Positions 1-8,603 of a stretch of 20,939 nucleotides of DNA are shown in pieces. A program made the translations under genes and the position numbers. Positions within the stretch are counted from its first letter, which is position 1. Each line of letters opens with the position of its first letter. Source of the DNA: a virus (taxonomy: Duplodnaviria > Heunggongvirae > Uroviricota > Caudoviricetes); IMG/VR virus record IMGVR_UViG_3300046318_000589; one strand, given 5' to 3'. The notes below the pieces were generated by a model. That model was given only the letters and a program-made list of their open reading frames with translations, did no database searches and had not been told where the DNA came from.

Positions 1-2
1 GC

Positions 3-1682
3 GACATTAGAAGTTATAGTGCTAAATTATTAAAGCTTGGTGTTTCCCCCGATAATATTGATAACATAGAACAAAAATATGGGGATATGGCAGGACAAAA
101 GCTTAAAGATATATATGAAAGCATAACAAATAAAAGAGCTAGTCAAGCACAAGAATCCAATACTCCTTTATCAATGCAAGAACAATTAGCGAAAAGTAAT
201 GCGGAAGATAGAAAAAAACGGTTAATGAAATATGGTAAAGGTGTTGAGAATGATTTAGGATCGGCAGGTTTTGCACAATTAACCGCAGGTAAATCAGAAA
301 GCGAAATATTAAACTTACTTGAGGGAATGTATAATGCAGATATGCAATCATTACAACTACAAAAACAACAAAAAGCATTGGAAGAATCTCAGGAAAAAGC
401 AAGAAAAGAACAAGAAAAATTAGACAAAGCACAAAGAATACAAGACAATAAAGATCAACGTATAATAAACGCCAACGAAAAAAAGAAAGATCGAGAACGA
501 AAAGAAAAAGAAGCACAAGCCAAAAAAGACAGAGCGGAACTTAATAAGTTATTAAAAAATATAACATCATCAAAGAGTGCAAGATCAGGTGGTGGTAAAA
601 GTGCTTTAGGGTTGTTAGGTTTATTAGGGGCTGTTCCAGGTCTTTTAACTACAGCAATACCATCGGTTGTAGGGGGTATAGGATCAGCAGTGGGTGGATT
701 AGCAGGTTTCGCAGGTGCTATGATTGGTGGTAAAGGAATCAAATCAGCGTACAATGTTATGACAACCCCCAAACAAAAAAATCCTAATAGCATGGGTAGT
801 AAGGCGAAAAGAATTGGTGCTAAAGGGATTAAGGGTATTGGTACAAGGGTTGCATTGGGAGGTGCGGGTATCCTTAAAACTATGGGTAAATTGGGGGGCG
901 GTGTTTTAAATAAAAATCCCCTCTTTAAGTTAGTTCCTGGATTGGGGCAAGTATTGGGTGCGTATGCTATTGGTAAAGGTATTTACAATGCTTGGAATGA
1001 AACGGATTCATGGTCAGGTTTTGGTAAGGAGGCTTTATGGAATACTGGTAGTGAACTTGCGAACATGGTTACTTTAGGGCAAATAGGTTCTGATAATATT
1101 GAAAAATTTGCAAAAGGTGCTTTTGATACAGTAGCGAATATACCAGGTGTTAAGTCTGGTGCTGATACTGCTATGAACGTTGGACGTAATCTCGCTAGTA
1201 GGGGTTTGAAAAATATGTTTGGTAGTGATTTTGGTTTAGGCGGTTCAAATGCAAATAGTCTAACGGAAATGTTTGAAACTTCTTATGGTAATGCTAAGGG
1301 CTTTTATAGAAAACAACTAGAAAATACTTATAAGAGTACAGAAAATTATAACGGTAAAAGATATGAATTTATGAAAGAATTAAATTCAAAGAAATTTACA
1401 AATGAGGCATTGATGAACGCCTTTAGAAAAAGAAGTACGTTCGGTAGTGAATATAACCTTAATATACCTGCGTGGGCTACAAATATGCGAGGGGAATCTG
1501 TTAAAAAAATGAAAGATTTAAGTTTTGGTGCGGAATCATTTAACTTGGGTACAAGTACACAAATGGCATCGAGCAATACCGTGTCAACTACAAATAATGT
1601 AACTAATATTTATAATGAACCAGCAGTTAATAAAGTTAATATGATTGACCATTATGGTAATTTAAATAGAGGATTTAATTAA
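3..1682 (+). CDS. Putative tail tape-measure / baseplate hub protein (T4 gp29-like), 5'-truncated by the window
   Basis: The frame of the 87..1682 ORF is open back to position 3 (DIRSYSAKLL...), so the true start is outside the window. It has a charged coiled-coil N-part (KEQEKLDKAQR...), a Gly/Ala-rich hydrophobic middle and an Asn/Thr/Ser-rich C-terminus. This architecture is typical of tape-measure proteins; no catalytic motif was seen. Confidence 0.5.
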   Translation, partial: DIRSYSAKLLKLGVSPDNIDNIEQKYGDMAGQKLKDIYESITNKRASQAQESNTPLSMQEQLAKSNAEDRKKRLMKYGKGVENDLGSAGFAQLTAGKSESEILNLLEGMYNADMQSLQLQKQQKALEESQEKARKEQEKLDKAQRIQDNKDQRIINANEKKKDRERKEKEAQAKKDRAELNKLLKNITSSKSARSGGGKSALGLLGLLGAVPGLLTTAIPSVVGGIGSAVGGLAGFAGAMIGGKGIKSAYNVMTTPKQKNPNSMGSKAKRIGAKGIKGIGTRVALGGAGILKTMGKLGGGVLNKNPLFKLVPGLGQVLGAYAIGKGIYNAWNETDSWSGFGKEALWNTGSELANMVTLGQIGSDNIEKFAKGAFDTVANIPGVKSGADTAMNVGRNLASRGLKNMFGSDFGLGGSNANSLTEMFETSYGNAKGFYRKQLENTYKSTENYNGKRYEFMKELNSKKFTNEALMNAFRKRSTFGSEYNLNIPAWATNMRGESVKKMKDLSFGAESFNLGTSTQMASSNTVSTTNNVTNIYNEPAVNKVNMIDHYGNLNRGFN

Positions 1683-1706
1683 AAAACCACAACCTTTCGA
1701 TTGTGG
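1681..1706 (-). terminator. Intrinsic terminator for the gp59-gp32 transcript
   Basis: Minus strand reads CCACAAUC-GAAA-GGUUGUGG (8 bp with one GU pair, GNRA loop) followed by U6, between convergent genes. Confidence 0.75.
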
Positions 1707-1750
1707 CAAGTTGGGGTAATTTTAGGTAAAGTATGTCGTAAGTCCTTGAT

Positions 1751-2977
1751 TTAAAAAGGAATATCTTCAATTTCATCTAAAGTGTAGATATGACCACTTA
1801 CATTATTTTGTGATTTATTATCAAAATTACTTACTCTACTGGATACTGTTTCATTTACTTCTAAATCTGTTTCTCGTGCAGAACTTCCTTGACTTTTAAG
1901 GATTGGTAAAGTTGGTTCATAATTATCCATATAATTAAGTCTTTCATCAAAGTTATATATATTAAATGTATTGAATATTTTTAATTTATGAGGCTGACCA
2001 TCAAGGTGGCGATGCAAGTCATAAAAAGCTTTATATTCAAAAATTCTATATTCATTAAATCCTAATCTTGATAGGTTTTCTCTTAGTTTTTCAGGAATAT
2101 ATTTATCTTTAAATTCCACAATTAAATCACGCAAATTAAATTGTCCTGATAGGTCGATTTTTTCAGAGAGAGGATTTACTTCCATATCATCATAAATTTC
2201 CAATGTTTTAGCATTGGGGGACATAGAAAATTTAATTGTGACAGAATTACTTAATGATTTTAAAAAATCATCGAAGTTTAAATCCATCTCTTTGTTAATT
2301 TGTTCAATTTGTCTTTCAATAATAGGTGAGGTATCTTCTTCTTTTAATTCTTTTACCTTTTTAATATTGTCGCTATTGACAATATTAGCAACATTTCTTA
2401 AAGGGGAAATGGTAAATTTTGTAAGTTTAATTTTTCCGTTATTGCTTGGGTTAATTGGATCATTGATAATATAAATTTGAGTAAGAAACTCTTTTCCGCT
2501 ATTTAGACCATGTTCTTTACCAAGACCTTGTTTTTTCTGTTCCATATAATATAGAATTTGAGGAGCAGTTACACCATCCTCTTTTTTAGTTTTAGATTTA
2601 ATCATTAAATCTGAGAAATGTTTATCATACTGGTGTTGTAGATTTTCAGATTTATATCCGCTTTTTATATAATTGAAAGGTGAATTAATAGTAGATCCGA
2701 TAAATTTTTGGTTATCATTATCCCAAGTGGCGTTAAATGTAGCCAATTCAAGAAAATTTAATTCTTTGAAAGGAATTATTACAAATTCATATTTTAATAC
2801 ATTTTTTTTTAACAGGGCTTCCAAGCGTGTTTTTTTAGAAGCATCTTCTGTTTCATCCATAAGCTTTTTAATGGTTGTTTTTAATGATTTATGTGTTTTG
2901 ACAAAATCAATATATCTGTCGTCTTTCTTGTAAACTTTTTTTTGTACTTGTTCGGTTGGTTGGTTTGAATAGAACAT
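1751..2977 (-). CDS. gp32: T4 gp32-like single-stranded DNA-binding protein
   Basis: IYIINDPINPSNNGKIKL matches the gp32 motif (T4 ILVVKDPAAPENEGKVFKY). It has an acidic C-terminal tail, lies directly downstream of gp59 as in T4, and has an AAGGA RBS. Confidence 0.75.
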   Translation of the reverse strand: MFYSNQPTEQVQKKVYKKDDRYIDFVKTHKSLKTTIKKLMDETEDASKKTRLEALLKKNVLKYEFVIIPFKELNFLELATFNATWDNDNQKFIGSTINSPFNYIKSGYKSENLQHQYDKHFSDLMIKSKTKKEDGVTAPQILYYMEQKKQGLGKEHGLNSGKEFLTQIYIINDPINPSNNGKIKLTKFTISPLRNVANIVNSDNIKKVKELKEEDTSPIIERQIEQINKEMDLNFDDFLKSLSNSVTIKFSMSPNAKTLEIYDDMEVNPLSEKIDLSGQFNLRDLIVEFKDKYIPEKLRENLSRLGFNEYRIFEYKAFYDLHRHLDGQPHKLKIFNTFNIYNFDERLNYMDNYEPTLPILKSQGSSARETDLEVNETVSSRVSNFDNKSQNNVSGHIYTLDEIEDIPF

Positions 2978-3012
2978 TATTTATCCTTGGGTTGTTGTTT
3001 AATTTATTATTA

Positions 3013-3041
3013 ATAATAACAGATAATCATTTATTTGTCAA
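3013..3041 (-). promoter_or_regulatory. Sigma70-type promoter for gp32
   Basis: TTGACA-N14-TGT-TATTAT (17-bp spacer, extended -10). Confidence 0.75.
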
Positions 3042-3638
3042 TATTTTTTTAAAGTTTTCTATATCGAAATTAGTCAAAAATGAACTATATTTCAATAATT
3101 TGTTATACTCTTTATGCCATATTAAATTATCCTTTTCTACTTTATTTAAAATCCCTAACATTCCACAGACATTATCAAGTATCAATAAGGTTTCAGTAAG
3201 AATTTCTTTCTTGAAGTAACATGATGTTAATGCACATGACATACCATCTCTTACGATTAAACTGTTTTTAATGGTGGTGTATCTTTTTTTAAGATATGAT
3301 ACATCTCTATCAAACAGGCAGTAAATATTACCAAATATGATAAGCTTTTTATGGAAAGCCTCTTTTAGTAAGGGTAGTTTTTCTTGTATTTTAAAAATGT
3401 CATTTACGTCATGTAAACAACAAGTAATAAAGAATAATTTAATTTGGTCGGGGGTTTCAAAATCTTTCATAAGTTTTTCGTAGGGGAATTTAAATTTCTT
3501 TAAATTAGTTTCGAGGTATTTTTCATGCCCTCTAATGTGATATTTTGACTTTATGCAATCATAAGACTTATTTTTAAAGTGTCTTACGATGCACCTGTGC
3601 CATAATATCACATTGTGTAGATTGTATTCAATCGACAT
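3027..3638 (-). CDS. gp59: T4 gp59-like helicase loader
   Basis: HFKNKSYDCIKSKY...YEKLMKDF...LFFI resembles the gp59 N-terminus (HMNGKYDVIKY...FQKLSEKY...IFI). Size is ~200 aa and it is adjacent to gp32. Confidence 0.75.
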   Translation of the reverse strand: MSIEYNLHNVILWHRCIVRHFKNKSYDCIKSKYHIRGHEKYLETNLKKFKFPYEKLMKDFETPDQIKLFFITCCLHDVNDIFKIQEKLPLLKEAFHKKLIIFGNIYCLFDRDVSYLKKRYTTIKNSLIVRDGMSCALTSCYFKKEILTETLLILDNVCGMLGILNKVEKDNLIWHKEYNKLLKYSSFLTNFDIENFKKILTNK

Positions 3639-3897
3639 TTGATGATTGCGTTAAGTGTTCAACCAAATCATCAAACGTTCCTATTAAATTTGTTTCATAA
3701 TCAAAAATAACAGGAAAAGAACCATTATGTTTATTCTTAAAAAATGAAACTGCAAACATAGCTTCATTAAAATCTTGAAATTCAGCAATATGATATGTTT
3801 TTTTAGATTCAATTAGTTTTTGTTTAATGTTATCTAATACTTCATTTTCTCTAAAAGTATGTGGTTTAATAGCGAATATTTTAAAGTCTGGTGTCAT
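3628..3897 (-). CDS. Glutaredoxin-fold protein lacking cysteines
   Basis: FPVIF and IGTFDDL correspond to the Grx cis-Pro (VPQVF) and GGYTDL motifs. There is no Cys in 89 aa; it follows nrdB. Confidence 0.5.
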   Translation of the reverse strand: MTPDFKIFAIKPHTFRENEVLDNIKQKLIESKKTYHIAEFQDFNEAMFAVSFFKNKHNGSFPVIFDYETNLIGTFDDLVEHLTQSSNVD

Positions 3898-3927
3898 AAG
3901 TAAATTCCTTATAGTTAATGGTTAATT

Positions 3928-5133
3928 TTAGTCGTTCCAGTTATCGTAGGCAGATTCCCATTCGCCAGTTAGTCCATGAGAATCATATTCAGTTACTCTT
4001 TTTTCAAAAAAGTTTGAATGGTCAGAGCCGTTTACAATCCAATCAACCCACTCAATAGGGTTGGTTTTTTGTTTAAAGTTTGGTTTTAATCCGAGTTCTA
4101 TTAAGCGTCTGTCCGTGATAAATTTGACATAATCTTTAACTTCTTCTTTAGTTAAACCTTGTATAGTATAGTTCTTAAATGCTAAATCAATAAACTTTGA
4201 TTCCAATTCATAAACTTTTCTTGCCATTTCATAAATTTTCTTTTTAAATTCATCGTTTACAATATGAGGGTGTTCATTACAAAAAGTTCGGAATAATTTA
4301 GCAAGTCCATTCACATGATAATTTTCGTCCTTTTGAGACCATTCAACAACAGTACCCATTCCTTTCATTTTACCAAACCTTTGGAAGTTTAATAACATAG
4401 CAAATGATGCGAATAAAGTAACACCCTCATTAAATACAGATTTAGCTAAGGCTAATCCTAGCCCTTCAACAGTATTAGGATCAGAATCCAGCATAAAGTC
4501 AAGTTTATCGGTCATTTCAGAATATTCAAGAAATGTATGGTATTCGTCATCAGGTAATCCTAGAGTGTCATTAAGTAATGAATAAGCTGATGTATGTGTA
4601 CCCTCCCGAGTAGCAAAAGTTGATAGCATACTTCTAATTTCATTATTCTTAAATTTTGGAATAAATTTATCGAAATAAATACTACCCACTGCTACATCTG
4701 ATTGAGTAAATAATCGTAGAATGTTTACGATAAAATCTTTTTCATTATCTGACAGTTTACCTGATTTCCAGTCTAAAATATCGTCGGATAAATCAACTTC
4801 TCCTTCATGCCAGTGCATATTATTTTCATGGTTGGTTCTGATTTCATAAGCCCAATCAAATTTGAATGGTTTGTATGTTTTACTTGGACTTGTTGAAGAG
4901 GAATTATCAAAAGCAATATCATGTCTTTGTAATAAATCAGTATAACCACCAACTCTATAATTATCTATAAAAACTTGTGGTACTGTATTAACATGATTTT
5001 CAATATAAAAAAACTCTCTTTTAGTATCATCATCCAAAGATATTTCAGTATATTTTAATTGGTAGTTTTTTAACCAATCCTTAGCATACTTACAATATGG
5101 ACATTTTTTCTTTGTATAAATTACGATATTCAT
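3928..5133 (-). CDS. nrdB: Class Ia ribonucleotide reductase beta subunit with N-terminal glutaredoxin fusion
   Basis: N-terminal CPYC, TVPQVF and GGYTDL make up a Grx domain. These are followed by the R2 metal ligands FTQSD, REGTH, NEG and DENYH, the radical Tyr (SAY) and the C-terminal NFFEKRVTEY. Confidence 0.95.
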   Translation of the reverse strand: MNIVIYTKKKCPYCKYAKDWLKNYQLKYTEISLDDDTKREFFYIENHVNTVPQVFIDNYRVGGYTDLLQRHDIAFDNSSSTSPSKTYKPFKFDWAYEIRTNHENNMHWHEGEVDLSDDILDWKSGKLSDNEKDFIVNILRLFTQSDVAVGSIYFDKFIPKFKNNEIRSMLSTFATREGTHTSAYSLLNDTLGLPDDEYHTFLEYSEMTDKLDFMLDSDPNTVEGLGLALAKSVFNEGVTLFASFAMLLNFQRFGKMKGMGTVVEWSQKDENYHVNGLAKLFRTFCNEHPHIVNDEFKKKIYEMARKVYELESKFIDLAFKNYTIQGLTKEEVKDYVKFITDRRLIELGLKPNFKQKTNPIEWVDWIVNGSDHSNFFEKRVTEYDSHGLTGEWESAYDNWND

Positions 5134-5136
5134 TTA

Positions 5137-7866
5137 TTAACCCTCACACGCTTTACATTCATTATCTGTATTATCTTTATAATCCTTTAAAGAATTTCTT
5201 TCAACCTTTTCACTTAACTTATCTACTTTATTAGACGATTCAGTACGCAAGTAGTATAATCCCTTACACCCAGTTTCCCACGCTTTAAAATGAACGTATC
5301 CCAATGTTTTTTTATCACATTTAGGGGGGAAATAAAGATTTATGGATTGTCCTTGACAAAGATATTTCTGCCTATCAGACGCTAAATAAACGAGGTCTAT
5401 GGGGTCTATTTCTTTGAATGTTTTAAATACTTGCTTTTCATCATGCGATAAGAAATCAAGATTTTCAACTGATCCTTTATCTAAAATAATGTGTTTCCAA
5501 ACTTCATCGGTATTTTTACCATATTTTTCTAGTAATTGCTCAAGTATTTTATTCTTAATTAAATGACTGCCAACACGGCTTCTATGTGTGAACGCATTAG
5601 CATTCATTGGTTCAATGGAGGGTGTAGTACCAGTTATCATTGAGGAATTTGCATTGGGTGCAATCGCCAATAGAAAGGCGTTTCTTAAGCCATTACCAAC
5701 CATATCAGGTGCTTCCCCTCGTTCTTTGCCAAGTTTTAACGATTGGTTTACCGCTTTTAATTTAATATTACTGAATATTTCATTATTAATATCTTTTGCG
5801 TCTTTGTATGTGAACGGTATCATTTTTTTCTGCAAATAAGCATGAAATCCCATAGCACCCAATCCAAGAGAGCGTTCCATTGAAGCACTATATTTAGCTT
5901 TATATAGTTCATTGGGAGCATTATCAATAAAGTATTGTAATACATTATCAAGGAATGTTATTAAATCCTCCACAATATTGGTATCTTTCCACTCATCATA
6001 TAATTCTATATTTAAGGAGGATAAACAACAAACGGCAGTACGTTCAGAGTTAGTTGGTAAGTGGACTTCGATACACTGACCTAATAAAACACCATTAAAC
6101 ATACCCATATTCCGTTTTTGCTCTGTGAAACAATATGTTTTATCAAATCTATCGGTAATTTCAATAGATTTTATTTTAATAAACCTGCTTTGGTTAGTAA
6201 TTAAATGTATTTTATTACTTATTTTTAACCTCTTGGGATTGTACCCTAATTTTAATAACTGTTGAATACCATTATGAGAAACGTGCATTAAATGACTGTC
6301 TTTACAGTTATATAACTTATTTTCGCCTGTACCGTCATTTTTAGGCATCATATATTTACCAGCTTTTCTTTTAAAAGTTATTTTTGAATACACTCCTAAA
6401 GTTTGTAGCAATAATTTAACTTTTTGTAAATTACTATGTTCTATTGAGCATATCTGTATCATTTGTGTATGGGGATTATTAATAACGCAACCATCAGCAT
6501 CAAAATAACCTTCTAGCCAAGATATAGCCTCGCTTACATTCATACCATTTGGAACGTAATCTTTATCCCATTGAGGATGTACCCACATTTTTCTGTCATA
6601 TTTATCATAATCAGAATTAACTCGCCCCACTAAATATGGTATAACAGATTCTTTCGGTCTATACACAAAAGATCTATTGTATCCCCTATTACCATCACCA
6701 CTATAAAATCCTCTGCTATAAGCTTCATTATCAAGTTCTGTTCTTTGTATAATATCACTTGGTAAATTAAATTTTATTAATCTATCCCCCTCATTTAAAT
6801 CTATAGCATCGACCTTTTTAACACCCTTATTATCACCTGTAACAATATAAAATTTATGTTCTTTTGTGCAATCAATATAACTATCATCGTCAAACGTAAC
6901 TTTTATCAATTCTGAATTTTCAGATGTTTGTCGAATTGTGGTTAAAGACCATTCCTCCCCATTCCATACATGAACATCTTGATTTTCTAAAGACGCAATT
7001 TCCTTATAACCATATTCTTTTGTTAATATTAAAGTTTCAGGTGCTACGCACAAATTAGAACCGTTTATTCTCAAGCCTTTATCTTTCATTTCTTGTGGTA
7101 ATGCTTTATTGGCAGTATCAATAAAATGTAAGTATGGCTCACCTGTTCTGTATCGTGTTTCTAATATTTTCTGCCATAATTTTCTAGCGGATACTGTTTC
7201 CTTAACTTCTTTACTGTGTGGACAAATTAAATCAAAATCTTCATTATTTTTAACGGCGTTCATAAAATCATCGCTGATATTAATGCCATGATGTAGGTTT
7301 AAATTTTTACGATTAATATCCCCCCCTGTGGGTGTTCGCATTGTAATAAATTCCATAATATCAGAATTATTAACATTTAAATAAGCGGCGTAACTACCTT
7401 TTCGTGTTGATGCTTGTGTATATGCAACCATATCAGAATCAATAGTATGGAGAAATGGCATAATACCAGGAGATTTTGAACTTTGTGAACGTACTTTACT
7501 CCAATGTCCACCAACACCCCCACCTTTAACCGATAACCATCTTGTTTCTGTGGAATGTTCTATAATATCATGGAGTGTATCTTCCACAAAGTTTAAATAA
7601 CATGATATTGGTAATGCCTTTGGTTTTTGTCCATATATAGGTGCATTTGATAATATTGGGGAGGAAAACATAAACCAATTTTTTGACGCATAATCGTATA
7701 TTCTTTGTGCTAATTCAAAATCACCATAGCAATAAGCCTTTGATGCTCTTGCATAACACTCTTGGGGGGATTTCTCTTCGCTTGTCATATAATAATCTTT
7801 TAGGAGGACTTTTGATTGTTCCGTTAAAAGATTATCTCTCGTTAAATCTATTTTTATTTCTGTCAT
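5137..7866 (-). CDS. nrdA: Class Ia ribonucleotide reductase alpha subunit (no ATP-cone), intein-containing; spliced length 584 aa
   Basis: PISCY, GGGVG, RKGSYAAY, GEPY, SNL|CIE (after splicing), IAPNANSS, QGQSIN, GLYYLR and C-terminal CKAC. The N-terminus is too short for an ATP-cone. Confidence 0.95.
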   Translation of the reverse strand: MTEIKIDLTRDNLLTEQSKVLLKDYYMTSEEKSPQECYARASKAYCYGDFELAQRIYDYASKNWFMFSSPILSNAPIYGQKPKALPISCYLNFVEDTLHDIIEHSTETRWLSVKGGGVGGHWSKVRSQSSKSPGIMPFLHTIDSDMVAYTQASTRKGSYAAYLNVNNSDIMEFITMRTPTGGDINRKNLNLHHGINISDDFMNAVKNNEDFDLICPHSKEVKETVSARKLWQKILETRYRTGEPYLHFIDTANKALPQEMKDKGLRINGSNLCVAPETLILTKEYGYKEIASLENQDVHVWNGEEWSLTTIRQTSENSELIKVTFDDDSYIDCTKEHKFYIVTGDNKGVKKVDAIDLNEGDRLIKFNLPSDIIQRTELDNEAYSRGFYSGDGNRGYNRSFVYRPKESVIPYLVGRVNSDYDKYDRKMWVHPQWDKDYVPNGMNVSEAISWLEGYFDADGCVINNPHTQMIQICSIEHSNLQKVKLLLQTLGVYSKITFKRKAGKYMMPKNDGTGENKLYNCKDSHLMHVSHNGIQQLLKLGYNPKRLKISNKIHLITNQSRFIKIKSIEITDRFDKTYCFTEQKRNMGMFNGVLLGQCIEVHLPTNSERTAVCCLSSLNIELYDEWKDTNIVEDLITFLDNVLQYFIDNAPNELYKAKYSASMERSLGLGAMGFHAYLQKKMIPFTYKDAKDINNEIFSNIKLKAVNQSLKLGKERGEAPDMVGNGLRNAFLLAIAPNANSSMITGTTPSIEPMNANAFTHRSRVGSHLIKNKILEQLLEKYGKNTDEVWKHIILDKGSVENLDFLSHDEKQVFKTFKEIDPIDLVYLASDRQKYLCQGQSINLYFPPKCDKKTLGYVHFKAWETGCKGLYYLRTESSNKVDKLSEKVERNSLKDYKDNTDNECKACEG
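6076..7050 (-). mobile_element. 325-aa intein with LAGLIDADG homing endonuclease in nrdA
   Basis: Begins CVAPETLIL after SNL. Block B is IDCTKEHKF, and the two LAGLIDADG helices are RGFYSGDG and EGYFDADG. It ends FNGVLLGQ followed by Cys+1. Confidence 0.93.
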
Positions 7867-7910
7867 TTTTTACTGTATCTTTTTTAATTGTTAGCTAATA
7901 ATTAGATTAT

Positions 7911-7939
7911 AATCTAACATAATAGAGATAATTTGTCAA
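7911..7939 (-). promoter_or_regulatory. Sigma70-type promoter for nrdAB, overlapped by a 16-bp palindrome (7902-7917)
   Basis: TTGACA-N14-TGT-TAGATT; palindrome TTAGATTATAATCTAA. Confidence 0.65.
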
Positions 7940-7948
7940 TTTAAATTA

Positions 7949-8362
7949 TTAATTTTCCGTAAAGATTTCGTTAATAAAATCATAAACAATAAAAGGTTTT
8001 TTCATTTCCCTTAACCTTTTAATGTTTGCTGTACTACCAGGAGAATCACCGTCATAAATAACAAACCCAAAATCACATTTTTCAGTCATGTCTGAATCTT
8101 TCATGGCGTAAATATTACTATCAGAAACTTTAACTGTTGGAAAATTACCATAATTATTTCTTATTTTACCTGCATAATAAACAGTTACATCTCTATAACC
8201 CTTTCCATGAAAATAATGTTGAATTAATAAATCCGCCCCATAACAATCCCCAACAATTACAGATAATTTTTTATTAATAATGTTTTCAAGGCGATTAATT
8301 ACATTATCATCGAGATGTTTTAGACTTCTTGAACCGCTTATAAAAACAGTTTTATTCTTCAT
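7949..8362 (-). CDS. SLOG-superfamily (YspA-related) nucleotide-binding protein
   Basis: FISGSR, VGDCYGAD, KDSDM, IYDGDSPGS and NIKRL follow the YspA-like SLOG pattern; GAGGA RBS. Confidence 0.65.
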   Translation of the reverse strand: MKNKTVFISGSRSLKHLDDNVINRLENIINKKLSVIVGDCYGADLLIQHYFHGKGYRDVTVYYAGKIRNNYGNFPTVKVSDSNIYAMKDSDMTEKCDFGFVIYDGDSPGSTANIKRLREMKKPFIVYDFINEIFTEN

Positions 8363-8603
8363 TTTTTCCTCTTATATAGCTTGGTGTTTGTCTTGGTACA
8401 CCTTTTTTTATGAATGATTGGTATAGATTATAATGGTGTTTATCAGTAATACTATTTGATATGGACGAAACAAATGACGCAAACTGTGCTGTGTCTTGAT
8501 ATTGGGCGTAGAAATTATCAATAACATTGGGATTATATGTATCGCTATAATCCTGTTTACCGTTACTTATATCCCAAAAATGAGAAAGAGCTGTTTTAGC
8601 CAT
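8352..8603 (-). CDS. gp62: Clamp loader small subunit (gp62-like), short form; probable start ATG 8603
   Basis: YNPNVIDNFYAQYQDT...HYNLYQSFIKKG..R resembles the gp62 core of marine T4-like phages. The ATG overlaps the 3' end of gp44. Confidence 0.6.
   Translation of the reverse strand: MAKTALSHFWDISNGKQDYSDTYNPNVIDNFYAQYQDTAQFASFVSSISNSITDKHHYNLYQSFIKKGVPRQTPSYIRGKNEE

Noticed and set aside
7902-7917. NrdR box
   Set aside because: The conserved C and G positions of the NrdR consensus are inverted.
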